Source of the DNA: Eledone cirrhosa
Taxonomy: Eukaryota
Length of the DNA stretch: 64,000 nt
Assembly: GCA_964016885.1 (NCBI GenBank)
Contig: OZ024743.1
Location: forward strand, 373,984,001 to 374,048,000
Direction: 5' to 3'
The notes under the pieces are model-generated. The model was not told the origin of the DNA, did not search any database, and saw nothing but the letters and a program-made list of their open reading frames with translations. A program made the translations under genes and the position numbers. Positions 1-16,786 of the stretch are shown piece by piece. Position 1 is the first letter of the stretch. Each line of letters begins with the position of its first letter.

Positions 1-639
1 CGCACCGAGACTTCTTTCTTAATTTCACAAACAAATTGTTCCATTGATCAACATACTGAAACACTCTTCGTCGAAACCGATGCAGGTCCATTACAATATT
101 GTAGGCGTACAATAATGTGAATACTTAATTGTCTGCGTCTATAGTTTGTTTTTCGTGTGGGAGTATATATCAAGATAGGGAGAAATGTGAATGTATATTT
201 GTATGTGAGTGTCTGGAAATATATATATATATATATATATATATAGTGCAAATTTAGACGGAAACAAAACAGAGAGGCGGACAAATAAAGGTTTATTAGG
301 TTCACGCTCTTGAGAGTGAGGGGGTGAGGGCGACGTTTCGGGCATAAGCCCTTCTTCGGGATAAATAGGTTAAATATATAGGCAAAGAGATATTTAATTT
401 GTTGGTAATTCAACAAATATATTTATAACAGATTCGAAGCACTCGACAAGGTTTCTGGAGTATAATATCATTGATATATATATATATATATATGGAGGCG
501 AGGTTGTATGTGTGTGTATAGGGGTGCGTAGTTGTGTGCATATGTTTCTCTGCGTGCGTATTCGTGTCTGTACATTTAAGTATGAGTATGTAGTCATACA
601 GCAATGTGAATATTTATTTGTATGTCTAAAAATGTCTAA

Positions 640-780
640 AATCTGTTGTAAGCCGGAAGACCCGTCAGGCCAGTACTTATCCCGTTTCATGCCGTCAAGC
701 GACTGGGAGTACAAAACTCCCCCCCCCCCCCGGACAGGATATGATCGTAGGTCCAACACCCTTACCACGTGCCCGCTACT
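640..780 (-). mobile_element. Internally deleted tRNA-derived SINE
   Basis: Minus strand starts with a tRNA-like head (agcgggcacgtggtaagggtgttggacct); body cttatcccgtttc...aagcgactgggagt...ctcccccc resembles from memory a conserved invertebrate SINE central domain (Nin-like). Confidence 0.45.
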
Positions 781-797
781 TATTTTATGTGAGTGTC

Positions 798-3238
<2,441 letters not shown>

Positions 3239-3388
3239 GCGGAGCTACCCGGCTTCGCTCAGTGTTAAAAAGCTTATTTAGAAAAGAATAATATTAACAT
3301 TTTAATCGTTATTTAAAAACTTCTGTAATTTAGTTTCTATTTTTTAGATTTTAACATTTATCTTTAAATGACTGAATGACTGACGAAT

Positions 3389-5257
3389 TTAAAGAAAATT
3401 CGTTATAAGAACATTTAATTTGTTTTGCTGAAGTGCTTTTGGATACACAATGTTTTTTGTTTTTCCTTCTGGTGCGTACACGAATAAATCAGAAGGTTTA
3501 CCGACGCGTGAGCAAGCCACATACAGCTGTCCATGTGAGAAGCATGGATTTTCTAAATTTAGTCCACACACTTGTAGCGATTGTCCTTGTGCTTTGTTGA
3601 TAGTCATTGCAAAGGCGAGTCGCACCGGAAACTGCAAACGTTTGAAATCGAATGGCGTATCTGTTGGAATGATTGGGATGCGTGGCAAGAGTACATCTTC
3701 TCCTTTAAATTTTCCATTTAAAATTGTAGCCTCGATGATATTGTTCATCGTTTTTTTCACTGAAAGTCTGGTACCGTTGCAAAGTTGTGGTGGATTGATG
3801 TTTCGGAGAAGGATGATAGGCACGCCAATTTTCAATGTTAAAATGTGCGGTGGAATGCCTGGCAAATCAAGTGAATTCAAGAATTCAATTGGATAATTGA
3901 TAATTTCGTCTTGATTCATTACAGTATCGATGGACTTATACGTTGTCGCTTCGCCTGGTATTTCGTTTTGAATGCTGAAATGAATGGCATTGACATCGGT
4001 GTTTTTGGCTGCTAATATAGCACGTACACTGAGCCACTGATGATTTTTGTAATGCTGCGCAATATTTGGGAACACTTTGTGAATCAGTTCGTCTCTGGTT
4101 GCCGTGATTCTACAGAAGTTTGTTGGCAATGTGATACATTTTGTGGAATCATCGATTACCATTTTCCCATTCCCAATATCCAGCAATTGTTTTGTGAAAC
4201 GTTCAGCGGATGCGTCATTTTGTAGTTGTACACGCATATTGTTTTTTAAAGTTAATTTCTGTACGTGTCGCCATAAAACTGATGATTTGAGACATGCATT
4301 AAGCTCATCAGCGGGTGTTGATCGCGGTATAACTGGTAGAGTTTGTCGAAAATCACCAGACAATAAAATGAGTGTGCCACCGAAGAGCTGTTCATTTCCT
4401 TTCAAATCTTTTAGCGTATTATTAAGCGCTTCCAATGATTTTTTGTGCGCCATAGTACATTCGTCCCATATAATGATTTTACATGATTGGAGTACTTTAC
4501 CTATACCAGAATTTTTGGTAATATTGCATGTTGATGTCTCAGCGATTTGCATATTCAATGGCAATTTCAGGGCTGAATGTGCTGTTCGGCCACCATCTAA
4601 AAGAGTTGCCGCAATTCCAGATGATGCGATTGCCAGTGCAATATTATTTTCTGATCGTATAGTTGCCAAAATAAGTGAAATGAGAAAAGTTTTGCCTGTA
4701 CCACCGGGCGCATCTATAAAATACAATCCACCGCTTTGACTTATAATTGCCTGCATAATTTGGTCATATACTATGCGTTGTTCTGGTAGCAATTTGGGAA
4801 GATTCGTTTGAACAAATGTACCCAATTCGGCGACATAAAAGTTTGTTTCTCGTTGCAAATTACGATCGAAAATGTCGTTTACAGATCGATTCGGCGCAGG
4901 CATTCCCAATTGTACCAATGTTTTGTTAGCGATTGCTAAACATATGACCTCAATGGAAACCAATGCTTCATTATACACATTTTGTGTCAATTGAATATTC
5001 ATATTTTGATTTGTTGCACGCAAACGATGTAGTATGTCTTCACTCATGTAGTCTTTATATTTTTCCCAAAGATCTTTTGGATTTGATGGGAAGCACGTTG
5101 TCAATATTATTGAGAATAATGTGCGTATTTGCTTTGGTCGAGCAGTATTCGATGCATCAGCGAGTGAAGTGTCCCAATGTCCATCATTTTCAAGAAGATT
5201 TAATTCTTGGCAAGCTTCACGATAAGTGGCACATACTTGACCGTTTACTGTTCTCAA
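3389..5257 (-). CDS. PIF1-like SF1B helicase domain of Helitron RepHel (N-terminally truncated)
   Basis: 622 aa open frame with Walker A DAPGGTGKT, Walker B IIWDE, GDFRQTLPV, FAMTINKAQGQ, HGQLYVACSRV; homology frame continues only to ~5290 (GHIRGPTSFQEL). Confidence 0.93.
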   Translation of the reverse strand: MRTVNGQVCATYREACQELNLLENDGHWDTSLADASNTARPKQIRTLFSIILTTCFPSNPKDLWEKYKDYMSEDILHRLRATNQNMNIQLTQNVYNEALVSIEVICLAIANKTLVQLGMPAPNRSVNDIFDRNLQRETNFYVAELGTFVQTNLPKLLPEQRIVYDQIMQAIISQSGGLYFIDAPGGTGKTFLISLILATIRSENNIALAIASSGIAATLLDGGRTAHSALKLPLNMQIAETSTCNITKNSGIGKVLQSCKIIIWDECTMAHKKSLEALNNTLKDLKGNEQLFGGTLILLSGDFRQTLPVIPRSTPADELNACLKSSVLWRHVQKLTLKNNMRVQLQNDASAERFTKQLLDIGNGKMVIDDSTKCITLPTNFCRITATRDELIHKVFPNIAQHYKNHQWLSVRAILAAKNTDVNAIHFSIQNEIPGEATTYKSIDTVMNQDEIINYPIEFLNSLDLPGIPPHILTLKIGVPIILLRNINPPQLCNGTRLSVKKTMNNIIEATILNGKFKGEDVLLPRIPIIPTDTPFDFKRLQFPVRLAFAMTINKAQGQSLQVCGLNLENPCFSHGQLYVACSRVGKPSDLFVYAPEGKTKNIVYPKALQQNKLNVLITNFL

Positions 5258-5941
5258 TTCTTGGAATGATGTCGGTCCACGTATGTGTCCAGGTCAGGAA
5301 AATAAGGACAGACGAAATGAAGATATCAAATTACAGCACTTAGTTAAGGGCTAGCTGAAAAAGAATTCCCTGTAATGGGAGTGGAAGGGAAGTAATGTGA
5401 AACAGACACTATACTAATTCTATTGAAATTATATTAAATTAAAGAGAGAATTTACTAATTCTATTGAAATTATATTAAATTAAAGAGAGAATACTAATTC
5501 TATTGAAATTATCTTTAATTAAAAAAATTTCACACTCGCTCTTTCACTCACTCTTTGTCTATACGTTGATTTCTCTTTCTCCGTTTATAGCACTCTCTCT
5601 TTGTCTATACGTTGCTCTTTCACTCTCTCTTTGTCTATACGTTGATTTCTCTTTCTCCGTTTATAACTTTAGAGACAGTCTAATATAGGGAGTGGTTCAA
5701 AGCAGCCAGACTACTCGCTCTTTCACTCGTTGCTCTTTCACTCTCTCTTTGTCTATACGTTGATTTCTCTTTCTCCGTTTATAACTTTAGAGACAGTCTA
5801 ATATAGGGAGTGGTTCAAAGCAGCCAGACTACTCGCTCTTTCACTCTCTGTTTGAATATACGTTGATTTCTCTTTCTCCGTTTATATCTTTGGACAAACA
5901 AACAAACATACATTCATTTTTATATAGTTTTAATATAGAAG

Positions 5942-5992
5942 AGATTCTACAGGACTAGAACTGTTTCATTCATTAGAAATCATCAGGAATCT
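5942..5992 (-). ncRNA. Type I hammerhead ribozyme (mirror copy)
   Basis: Reverse complement of 6438-6488. Confidence 0.82.
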
Positions 5993-6437
5993 GGGTATCA
6001 AAAAATAAATATGGTATTTATAGGTCTCTACAAGTGGTAGGAGAGGGTGGGGAGTGGGATGGGTGCAGGTCATTGGTTGATAGAGAAGGGAATTCATTAA
6101 AGGCTAATTCTACATAGCTATAGTTAATTTATATTTATTTATGTTTTTCTTTAATTCTATCGAGCATGAATGACCCCCCACTGATTTTATAGACATCTGC
6201 TAGCTTAAGAGAAACTTATTGACAAGGAATGGTATGCCATCCGGAACTTGTTTATAGATTCCTGTCTGCCTTTGTTACTCTAAAAACATAAATAAATATA
6301 AATTAACTATAGCTATGTAGAATTAGCCTTTAATGAATTCCCTTCTCTATCAACCAATGACCTGCACCCATCCCACTCCCCACCCTCTCCTACCACTTGT
6401 AGAGACCTATAAATACCATATTTATTTTTTGATACCC

Positions 6438-6488
6438 AGATTCCTGATGATTTCTAATGAATGAAACAGTTCTAGTCCTGTAGAATCT
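6438..6488 (+). ncRNA. Type I hammerhead ribozyme
   Basis: agattc CTGATGA tttc taat gaat GAAA cag ttctagtc ctg TA gaatct: 6-bp stem I, intact core, GUA cleavage triplet. Confidence 0.85.
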
Positions 6489-6766
6489 CTTCTATATTAA
6501 AACTATTATACTCTGCTATGTATTGAGTACCTTACTTACTGTGGTTACCTCCGATTCAACCCGGAATAACGTTCATTTTTATATATATAGATATATATAT
6601 ATATTTTCATAACTTTCTTATTTACGTCTTTCATATAATTGTTATGCATCCCCTTGCATAGAACCACAAAGTTACAAAACATATATATTTGCTAACATAG
6701 GTATGCATCTGTATACATATGTTGGTAGATATACTAATTCTTTATATATATATATATAAATATATA

Positions 6767-7962
<1,196 letters not shown>

Positions 7963-8082
7963 ATATTTTCGAAACAGAGAGTGGGTTTGAAATTATTAGA
8001 AATGTAAGTTATCGCCGTATTTTGACTAAAGAAATATAAGAAATTATTTGGCCTGGTAGTGGGGTTAAGAACCCTCGGAGAA

Positions 8083-8137
8083 ATGGAAAAAGATGAGTAT
8101 TGACGTACATGGGACGTCAATACTCATCTTTTTCCAT
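8083..8137. repeat. Perfect 24-bp-arm hairpin at end of a short insert in microsatellite
   Basis: atggaaaaagatgagtattgacgt / acatggg / acgtcaatactcatctttttccat. Confidence 0.92.
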
Positions 8138-8140
8138 ACA

Positions 8141-8217
<77 letters not shown>

Positions 8218-8248
8218 GTATATATATATATATGTATATATATACATG

Positions 8249-8388
<140 letters not shown>

Positions 8389-8684
8389 TATATACATATA
8401 TACAGTATATATATATATATATATGGAGATCCATTCCATTCGATAGCATCTAATGTGTCCTTCCATATTTTAAGATGGTATGGGGTAATTTTAACTATTA
8501 TTTTTAGCAGGGAGGGGGATTGCATGGAATATTTCTGTAGTTAAATTTCTTTGAGACTGATGACAGATTTATTTCTTTACTTTGTCTCTTTGGTACCAAA
8601 CTGCCTGGAATCTCGCTGGTTGTAGGATACTAAACCATTTATAAAGTGTTGAATAATGTGAAAGTTAGTTATAGTACATAGGCA

Positions 8685-8833
8685 GTAAAGTGGCCGAGTC
8701 GTTAGAAGGTTGGATAAAATGTTTTGTAGTATTTGTTCCGTCTCTCTGTGTTCTGGATCCAAATCCTGCCGAGGTCAACTTTGCCTTTCATGATTTCGAG
8801 GTCATTAAATAAAATACTTGTCCAGTACTGGGG
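8685..8833 (+). mobile_element. Diverged tRNA-derived SINE
   Basis: tggccgagtcgttag...aaatcctgccgaggtcaactttgcctttcat, same family as 19923-20140. Confidence 0.7.
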
Positions 8834-9730
8834 ACAATTCTTCCTCTGTATCTCTTTCTCACTTCTATCATTTTCCCTCCTTATCTAGAAGAAATCGGGT
8901 GTGTTTAGACCCGAAGAAAGGGATGGGATTCACTACGTCTAAATACATCCCAAGACACACTTTGTGAAAACGGTGCCTCTACGACAACATTGGGGTGGTC
9001 TATAGATACGTACATACAGTTATATTAATATTACTAAGCCCTACCAAATTCATCATTATTTTCAAAATTATATGAAAATAATGGACAGTGCCTTTCATCA
9101 GAAATATGGTAACAAAAAGGTTAATAGCAGAATAAGGAAGTAACTATTGTAACTTAGAGGTGTAAACACAAGCTATTCATATAATAAATAGAAAATATAA
9201 ATAAAAATTGAATGAAAAATATGAAACTTATGTCTGCCTAAAACACGAAATGACGCAGAATCCTCTTGGTCATGATCTTTAAGATAATGGTTTTGGTAAA
9301 GGAAATTAACAGCGAGTGACAGTAGTACAAAAACAACAGTCACATTATTACATTTTTTTAAAGCAGATGTTTGAAAAAATAAAACAAAAACATTATAACA
9401 CAATTAAAAATAAAACAAAAACATAACACATAACTATACTGAATCATGATTTTAGATAATGTTTTTTTTACGTATTCATTTTGTTTTGTTTTTTGTTGTT
9501 GTCTCTGGACGATGTTTATGTAAAATTCTAGAAGCTGGGTATGAAATATATTATTAGCATTTTTCTAATTTAAGCAAAAGGTCAGCAAATTAAGGCGAAG
9601 AGCAGAATTGATTAAATCAAACCCAAATATTTGACTGGTATTTTATGTTATCAATCTTGGCAAGATGAAATACAATGTTGACCATGGCAGGATTTGAACT
9701 GAGAATGTAAAAGGCTAGAACAGATATTGC

Positions 9731-9886
9731 AATGGTATTTTTATTTGGTGTTCTACCAAGTTTGCCTCTCCAGCACCAATCTAATGGTATTTTTATTTGG
9801 TGTTCTACCAAGTTTGCCTCTTCAGCACCAATCTAATGGTATTTTTATTTGGTGTTCTACCAAGTTTGCCTCTCCAGCACCAATCT
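9731..9886. repeat. 52-bp tandem repeat x3
   Basis: aatggtatttttatttggtgttctaccaagtttgcctctccagcaccaatct, three near-identical copies at the head of a minus-strand SINE (~9576-9780). Confidence 0.92.
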
Positions 9887-10081
9887 AAAAATGAAATGTA
9901 TTACAAAAACCAAAAGAAAATAAAGAAAATAACAATCGCCAAAGAGCTTCAGATTCTGCGACGAGAATCGTTATAGAACGCCGGATAGAAGGTTTTCCAG
10001 GATTATTTCTGGCTCTCTGCGTTCTGAGTCCAAACAATGCCTTGTGAGGGATTTGGTAGACGGCAACTGTGTGGAGATACG

Positions 10082-10116
<35 letters not shown>

Positions 10117-10141
10117 TACACACACACACACACACGCAAAT

Positions 10142-10172
<31 letters not shown>

Positions 10173-10193
10173 AATACACACACACACACACAC

Positions 10194-10251
<58 letters not shown>

Positions 10252-10501
10252 TCGAACAAGCACACGCATATGTGGGTGACTTCATACATACGTGCTTTCT
10301 CTAAAACAACAACAACAAAAAATTCCGTTCGTTCCTTCGTCTTCATTCTCTATATTTCTATTTCTCATTCTATCTTCTGATGAAAGTCTAGCGTCTGAAA
10401 TGCAAAGACTCAGTTTCAATATATCAAGCGTTAAACTAGTATATTTCTTCATTGTACTATGTTGTTTGCTTTGTTATTCCTGTTTACGTATATGTATGTA
10501 A

Positions 10502-10566
<65 letters not shown>

Positions 10567-10739
10567 TACACATATGTCTGTGTGTGTGTTTCCATATAAA
10601 CCGCTTAGCAACTGCTGTAGATTGTCTAGTCTCGTAAAGGTTGTATATTAGCATGACCTCAGTCCAATGACTTAAACCAACTGAAAATATATAGTATGTA
10701 TGTATTTATGTAAGCATGTATCTCTGTATATATCTCAAT

Positions 10740-13700
10740 GGACGCAGGAACTCAGAAGAATCAACGACCATCCAATAAATATTTTTTCGTAGAGCGAGAG
10801 ACTCCTAGTCTTCATTAAGACATCTCTAGAAGGTCACTCTGATATAAAACCTGCGATTTCGTTTGCATCCAATGATGTAGACCAGTTCTACCTTTTGGTG
10901 AAATGCATTCGATGTTTAGAGAGTGGGATTTGGCCCCGTTCAAAGCATTTTCTCACTTAAAAAGCTTGAAGCACAGGCATCGCTTGATATGTGACGTTTT
11001 TTGCGAAGCATGGCATGGCTGGCCATTGGCAAGTCCCTAGCAGGACTAAAAAGCCACATCCGTGATGCTCATGTTTAAGTATGAAGAGATGGCATTACTT
11101 GAAATCGAGTTGCAGCCATCATTATCATATTCATGTATGTATGAAGAAGAAGTATGTATGTATGTATGTATGTATGTATGTATGTATGTATGTATGTATG
11201 TATGTATGTATGTATGTATGTATGTATGTATGTATGTATGTATGTATGTATGTATGTATGCAACATGTATCCCAGTACAACCTGTCCCATGATCGGGTCG
11301 TTGGTGACTAAACTAAAGGTTTCTTGGTGAGGAGGGTGACTTTGGACATCCTGCAGGACTAAAAACAAAACCTGCCAAAGGGCAAAGGAGCTCTTAAGAG
11401 TCAATGGCCATCCAAAATCACTGGCAGAGATGACCCCTTAGCCTTTGTCAAGGCAGAATTCTAGGAGAAGGAAAACTCTGGTATAACACCTGCAACTCTT
11501 CATGGTATCCAATGATGTTGACTTGTTCTTCTTTTTGTAAATATCATCTTGGTTAAGAGAGTGGGACTGGCTTTGTGCAGTGCCTTTGCTCACTATAAAA
11601 GCTTCACGGCACAGGCATTGCTTTACATCTGGAGATCTCTCTGCACTTGTCGTCACATGGTACCATGGGCCCAGCACTATGTGTCAATAATTGTCAGAAG
11701 TGTAGTGTTTGTACCAGAGTTTTCAAGTCGCTGGCTCGACTAAAGTCACATTCGTTCAACGCATCGGTAGGGGTTCTCCTACATGGATATAAAGTAGTGG
11801 CCGTACTCGAAAACGAGTTGGCAGCCACCATGTATGTAACATGTATCCCAGTACAACCTGTCTCATAATCGGGTCGTTGGCGACTAAACTGGCAACCCCA
11901 ACAAGGTTTCTTGGTGAGGAGGGTGACTTTGGACATCCTGCAGGACTAAAAACAAAACCTGTCAAAGGGCAAAGGAGCTCTTAAGAGTCAATGGCCATCC
12001 AAAATCACCGGGAGAGATGACCCCTTAGCCTTTGTCAAGGCAGAATTCTAGGAGAAGGAAAACTCTGATATAACACCTGCAACTCTGATGATATCCAATG
12101 ATGTTGACTTGTTCTTCTTTTTGGTAAATATCATCTTGGTTAAGAGAGTGGGACTGGTTTTGTGCAGTGCCTTTACTCACTATAAAAGCTTCACGGCACA
12201 GGCATTGCTTTGTATCTGGAGATCACTCTGCACTTGTCATCACATGGTACCATGAGCCCAGCACTATGTGTCAATAATTGTCACAAGTGTAGTGTTTGTA
12301 CCAGTTTTCAAGTCGCTGGCTGGACTAAAATGTCACACTTGTTCAGCGCATCGGTAGGGGTTCTCCTACATGGATATAAAGTAGTGGCCGTACTCGAAAA
12401 CGAGTTGGCAGCCACCATGTATGTATGTATGTATGTATGTATGTATGTATGTATGTATGTATGTATGTATGTATGTATGTATGTTTATGTCAGGTCACCA
12501 GTTGGTGCTACTGGTAACATGTATCCCAGTACAACCTGTCTCATGGTCGGGTCGTTGGCGACTAAACTGGCAACCCCACCAAGTTTCTTGGTGAGGAGGG
12601 TGACTTTGGACATCCTGCAGGACTAAAAACAAAACCTGTCAAAGGAGCTCTTAAGAGTCAATGGCCATCCAAAATCACCGGGAGAGATGACCCCTTAGCC
12701 TTTGTCAAGGCAGATTTCTAGGAGAAGGAAAACTCTGATATAACACCTGCAACTCTGATGGTATCCAATGATGTTGACTTGTTCTTCTTTTTGGTAAATA
12801 TCATCTTGGTTAAGAGAGTGGGACTGGCTTTGTGCAGTGCCTTTGCTCACTATAAAAGCTTCACGGCACAGGCATTGCTTTATATCTGGAGATCTCTGAT
12901 CTCTCTGTACTTGTCGTCACGTGGTACCATGGGCCCAGCACTGTGTCAATAATTGTCACAGGTGTAGTGTTTGTACCAGAGTTTTCAAGTCACTGGCTGG
13001 ACTAAAAAGTCACACTCGTTCAGCTCATTGGTAGGGGTTCTCCTACATGGATATAAAGTAGTGGCCGTACTCGAAAACGAGTTGGCAGCCACCATGTATG
13101 TATGTATGTATGTATGTATGTATGTATGTATGCATGTATGGCCCATGGTCAGGTCGTTGGCGACTAAACTGGCAACCCCACCAAGGTTTCTTGGTGAGGA
13201 GGGTGACTTTGGACATCCTGCAGGACTAAAAACAAAACCTGTCAAAGGGCAAAGGAGCTCTTAAGAGTCAATGGCCATCCAAAATCACCGGGAGAAATGA
13301 CCCCTTAGCCTTTGTCAAGGCAGAATTCTAGGAGAAGGAAAACTCTGATATAACACCTGCAACCCTGATGGTATCCAATGATGTTGACTTATTCTTCTTT
13401 TTGGTAAATATCATCTTGGTTAAGAGAGTGGGACTGGTTTTGTGTAGTGCCTTTACTCACTATAAAAGCTTCACGGCACAGGCATTGCTTTGTATCTGGA
13501 GATCTTTTTGCACTTGTCATCACATGGTACCATGGGCCCAGCACTATGTGTCAGTAATTGTCACAAGTGTAGTGTTTGTACCAGAGTTTTCAAGTCGCTG
13601 GCTTGACTAAAAAGTCACACTTGTTCAGCGCATCGGTAGGGGTTCTCCTACATGGATATAAAGTAGTGGCCGTACTCGAAAATGAGTTGGCAGCCACCAT

Positions 13701-13765
13701 GTATGTATGTATGTATGTATGTATGTATGTATGTATGTATGTATGTATGTATGTATGTATGTATG
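10740..13765 (+). mobile_element. Head-to-tail array of RTE-derived non-autonomous retroelements with (TATG)n tails
   Basis: Four ~580-650 bp units (11261, 11838, ~12488, 13141) plus a diverged upstream copy; each has ggagaaggaaaactctg (RTE 5'UTR-like), remnant C2H2-like CSVCTRVFKSLARLKSH and a (TATG)n tail. Confidence 0.8.
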
Positions 13766-14552
13766 CATGTGTGCATGTATAAATGGGAAACAACTGTTTT
13801 CTTTTAAAGCACACATTACATCTTCTTTTACGAAATTCTCTTTCTAATCTCTCACATTTCCACTTCCATGACGTCATTTCCATATCTACATATTAGATGC
13901 TTCAGTTACATTTTATGGATATTTTAAATTCACCAAGATCCTACCACCACAATATCATATTTAATGTGCACTAGAATGATATATTACATTTGATTCTGAT
14001 TGATAATGGTAATTTAAGGATCGTGGAATTTGGAAGAATGGCAGTAAGAATTAGATACGTTTTCACTCAATCTCCTCCCCAATCTTTATGTATTGTTCTC
14101 TGCTTTTGTATGCTAAAGGAATAAGTTGTATTGAGATATTGACAGTGAAACCAACTTTCTCGCTGTGTGTAAGAAATCTTATACATAATAGTTCCTCTAA
14201 TTAAAAAAGACATTCTGATATTTATGTTTGCTTCAAAAATATTTCAAAACACTCCATTTTCTTTCCTAATGATAATTGTTTGCTTTCTACATCGGTTAAG
14301 ATAACTGACAACCTTCTTTTGATTAAATCTGGAAACCTTAGCATGTATTCATTGTATGGATTCGTAACTCCTGGAGTCGGAAGCACACCATTGTGCCATA
14401 CAGCGTGTCATGGGCGTTTTGTAAAGCATGGCGGAGTGCATCCTTTTCTCAGGTCGGAACGCAGCCGATGTCTTCAAGAAAAGGGGAGAGAGCAAGAGAT
14501 AGAGAGATAGATAGATATAGAGATAGATAGATAGATATAGAGAGAGAAGGGT

Positions 14553-14636
<84 letters not shown>

Positions 14637-15681
14637 TGTGTGTGTGATAGAAAGGATATGGGAAAAAGATATAGAGGAGGAATCGATCACAGTACTGGAC
14701 TGGTACTTTTTTAACGACCTCGAAATGAAAGGATGAAAACCAAATTGATCTCGACGAGATTTGAAATCAGAATACTACAAAGCATTCTATCCGATGTTCT
14801 ACCGACTCTGTCTGTTTACCTCCTTCAAGCTTTGGATGAGTCTTGACAAAGAATTCTTGATAAAAAAATTTCAACAAAGGAAATTGGCGCAAATGAATTA
14901 AAAATCAAATCTCAAAAGGCAACACAGTACTGACGATAATTAATAACTATTCTTTATTCTTTTAAATAAAACATTGCAATGCTTTTTTGCAGTATATGCA
15001 TAGTTAGTCCATGGAAAAGAGTAGATACAATGCAACTAACGATAGTTTTGTTCTCATGAAGGTTTAAAACTACATATTAATGGTTTGTGTGTTGTTCCTA
15101 ATAGAAAGTATTCAGTGAATGATCCGATATAATACTTCCAGGGAAGAAATGAATGCTTCTATATGCATTCAAATATAATTGTATCTATATGAACCACTTT
15201 ATGTATTCCTGTAATACCGATATACAAACAAGATAGAAATCAATGGTAAAACATGTCTCACTGTAATAAGCAGAACAACACCCTCAAGATTATACTCTGG
15301 TTATTTTAGAACCATAGTATAAAAAAAAAAACAATACAGACGTGTATGATTTTGTTTGTATACATAAAACTATTGCATATTCGACGGCCATTATTTAGCT
15401 GCACACTCGAAGGATTCATTGTAATACGCTCACACAATTACTGGTTATTTGCCGAAAAATATTCATGTCGAATTTAATATTGATGTAACAATCTGTGTTA
15501 ATAAAGGATTTGGACGTATAGCAATGTAATATAGTCGAGTTAAGCAGCTGGTGAAAGCAACGGACAGCTTTCAATATTTTAAATCTTAAATATATTCACT
15601 TCACTTGGCTTGACTTAGAATTATCAAATTTTAATATAGAACAATAGAGAGAGAGAGAGAAAGAGGAAGAGAAGTATAATG

Positions 15682-15782
<101 letters not shown>

Positions 15783-15965
15783 TATATTGGAAAATGTGGG
15801 CGAACCTTGGTACAGTTAGGTATATTTGAAAAAAGGAAAAGAATGACTTCACTTGATGTTGGTATTCTATAACAATTTAATTTTATAATTTTTGCTATAT
15901 ATATATATATAGATATTAAAAAATACAATATACATTACAATACAACGGGAGGAAACATAATAGTA

Positions 15966-16005
15966 CCACTGATGATGTCACAGGTGTGTGATGAAAGAAC
16001 TTTGA
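15966..16005 (+). ncRNA. Hammerhead motif in solo PLE-end fragment
   Basis: CTGATGA t gtcaca ggtg tgtgat GAAA gaac TT tg; same fold family as 29902-29944 but stem I is weak. Confidence 0.55.
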
Positions 16006-16105
16006 TAGACTATAGCTAAATTAACTATAGAGATATAAAATATACGGAAGCGAAAACCAATCCAAATCAAACAGTGAGTGTGTGTTATTATTTCTGGCAA
16101 TATAA

Positions 16106-16316
16106 GGGTGGATTGGCAGTATCGGTAGAGGGTCGGGCGCTATGCTTTGCAGCATATAGTTGTGGCCCTTTATGATCTGAGTTCAAATCCCGCCAAGGTT
16201 AACTTTGCCTTTCATCCTTACGGAGTCGATAAAATAAAGTACCAGTCACGCACTGAGGTCGATTTAATCGACCTCCCTCAAAATTGCTGGCCTTGTGCCT
16301 ATATAAGAAACCAATA
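16106..16316 (+). mobile_element. tRNA-derived SINE
   Basis: A box tggcagtatcgg, B box gagttcaaatcc, family body ccgccaaggttaactttgcctttcatcc. Confidence 0.88.
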
Positions 16317-16344
16317 TTTCAACAATATGACCCTCCCCAAATAT

Positions 16345-16407
<63 letters not shown>

Positions 16408-16752
16408 TATATATATATAAATTAATAAATAATTATTTCTGAAGACAGCATATATGTGTAGGTATGTATATTCCCTCTGATAGTTTGTATAAATACTGTA
16501 CATAGATCTATAGAATATGCATACCAACTCTATCACATATATATCCTAGAAACGATCGTAAAATGAATTTTTTTAATATAAGGAACTGTTTCTTTGTTTA
16601 TTCATTATTTTATTAATTCATCTTGACTCTGTTTTCCGTTTATTTCTCACCGAAAATAGTTTTTGAATGCATCTTCTCTTTTCATGATATCCGGATTACA
16701 TTGAGTTCTTCATACGGATTGGACACTACCGTAAATTTTTGGTAGATTTATC

Positions 16753-16786
<34 letters not shown>

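Larger units (their letters stand above)
5927..6571 (+). mobile_element. ORF-less fold-back element with hammerheads and 14-bp TSD
   Basis: Arms ~5926-6148 and ~6282-6505 are reverse complements; 3' tail 6506-6571; ttcatttttatata duplicated at 5913-5926 and 6572-6585. Confidence 0.9.
3236..6591 (-). mobile_element. Helitron, internally deleted (helicase retained, Rep lost)
   Basis: 5' end a|TCtatatatataaaaatgaa at 6591; 3' subterminal GC-rich hairpin-like gagcgaagccggg then CTAG|t at 3236; A|T target; internal tandem duplications 5412-5890. Confidence 0.88.

Noticed and set aside
296-365. Hammerhead-like CCGAAGA agggc ttat gccc GAAA on minus strand
   Set aside because: U4 is altered and I could not close stem I or find a valid cleavage triplet; probably a decayed PLE-end motif, not called.
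3389-5257. Host PIF1 gene
   Set aside because: Intronless, N-terminally truncated and enclosed by Helitron TC/CTAG termini.
10375-10435. CTGATGA...GAAA on plus strand
   Set aside because: Stems I and II do not pair convincingly.
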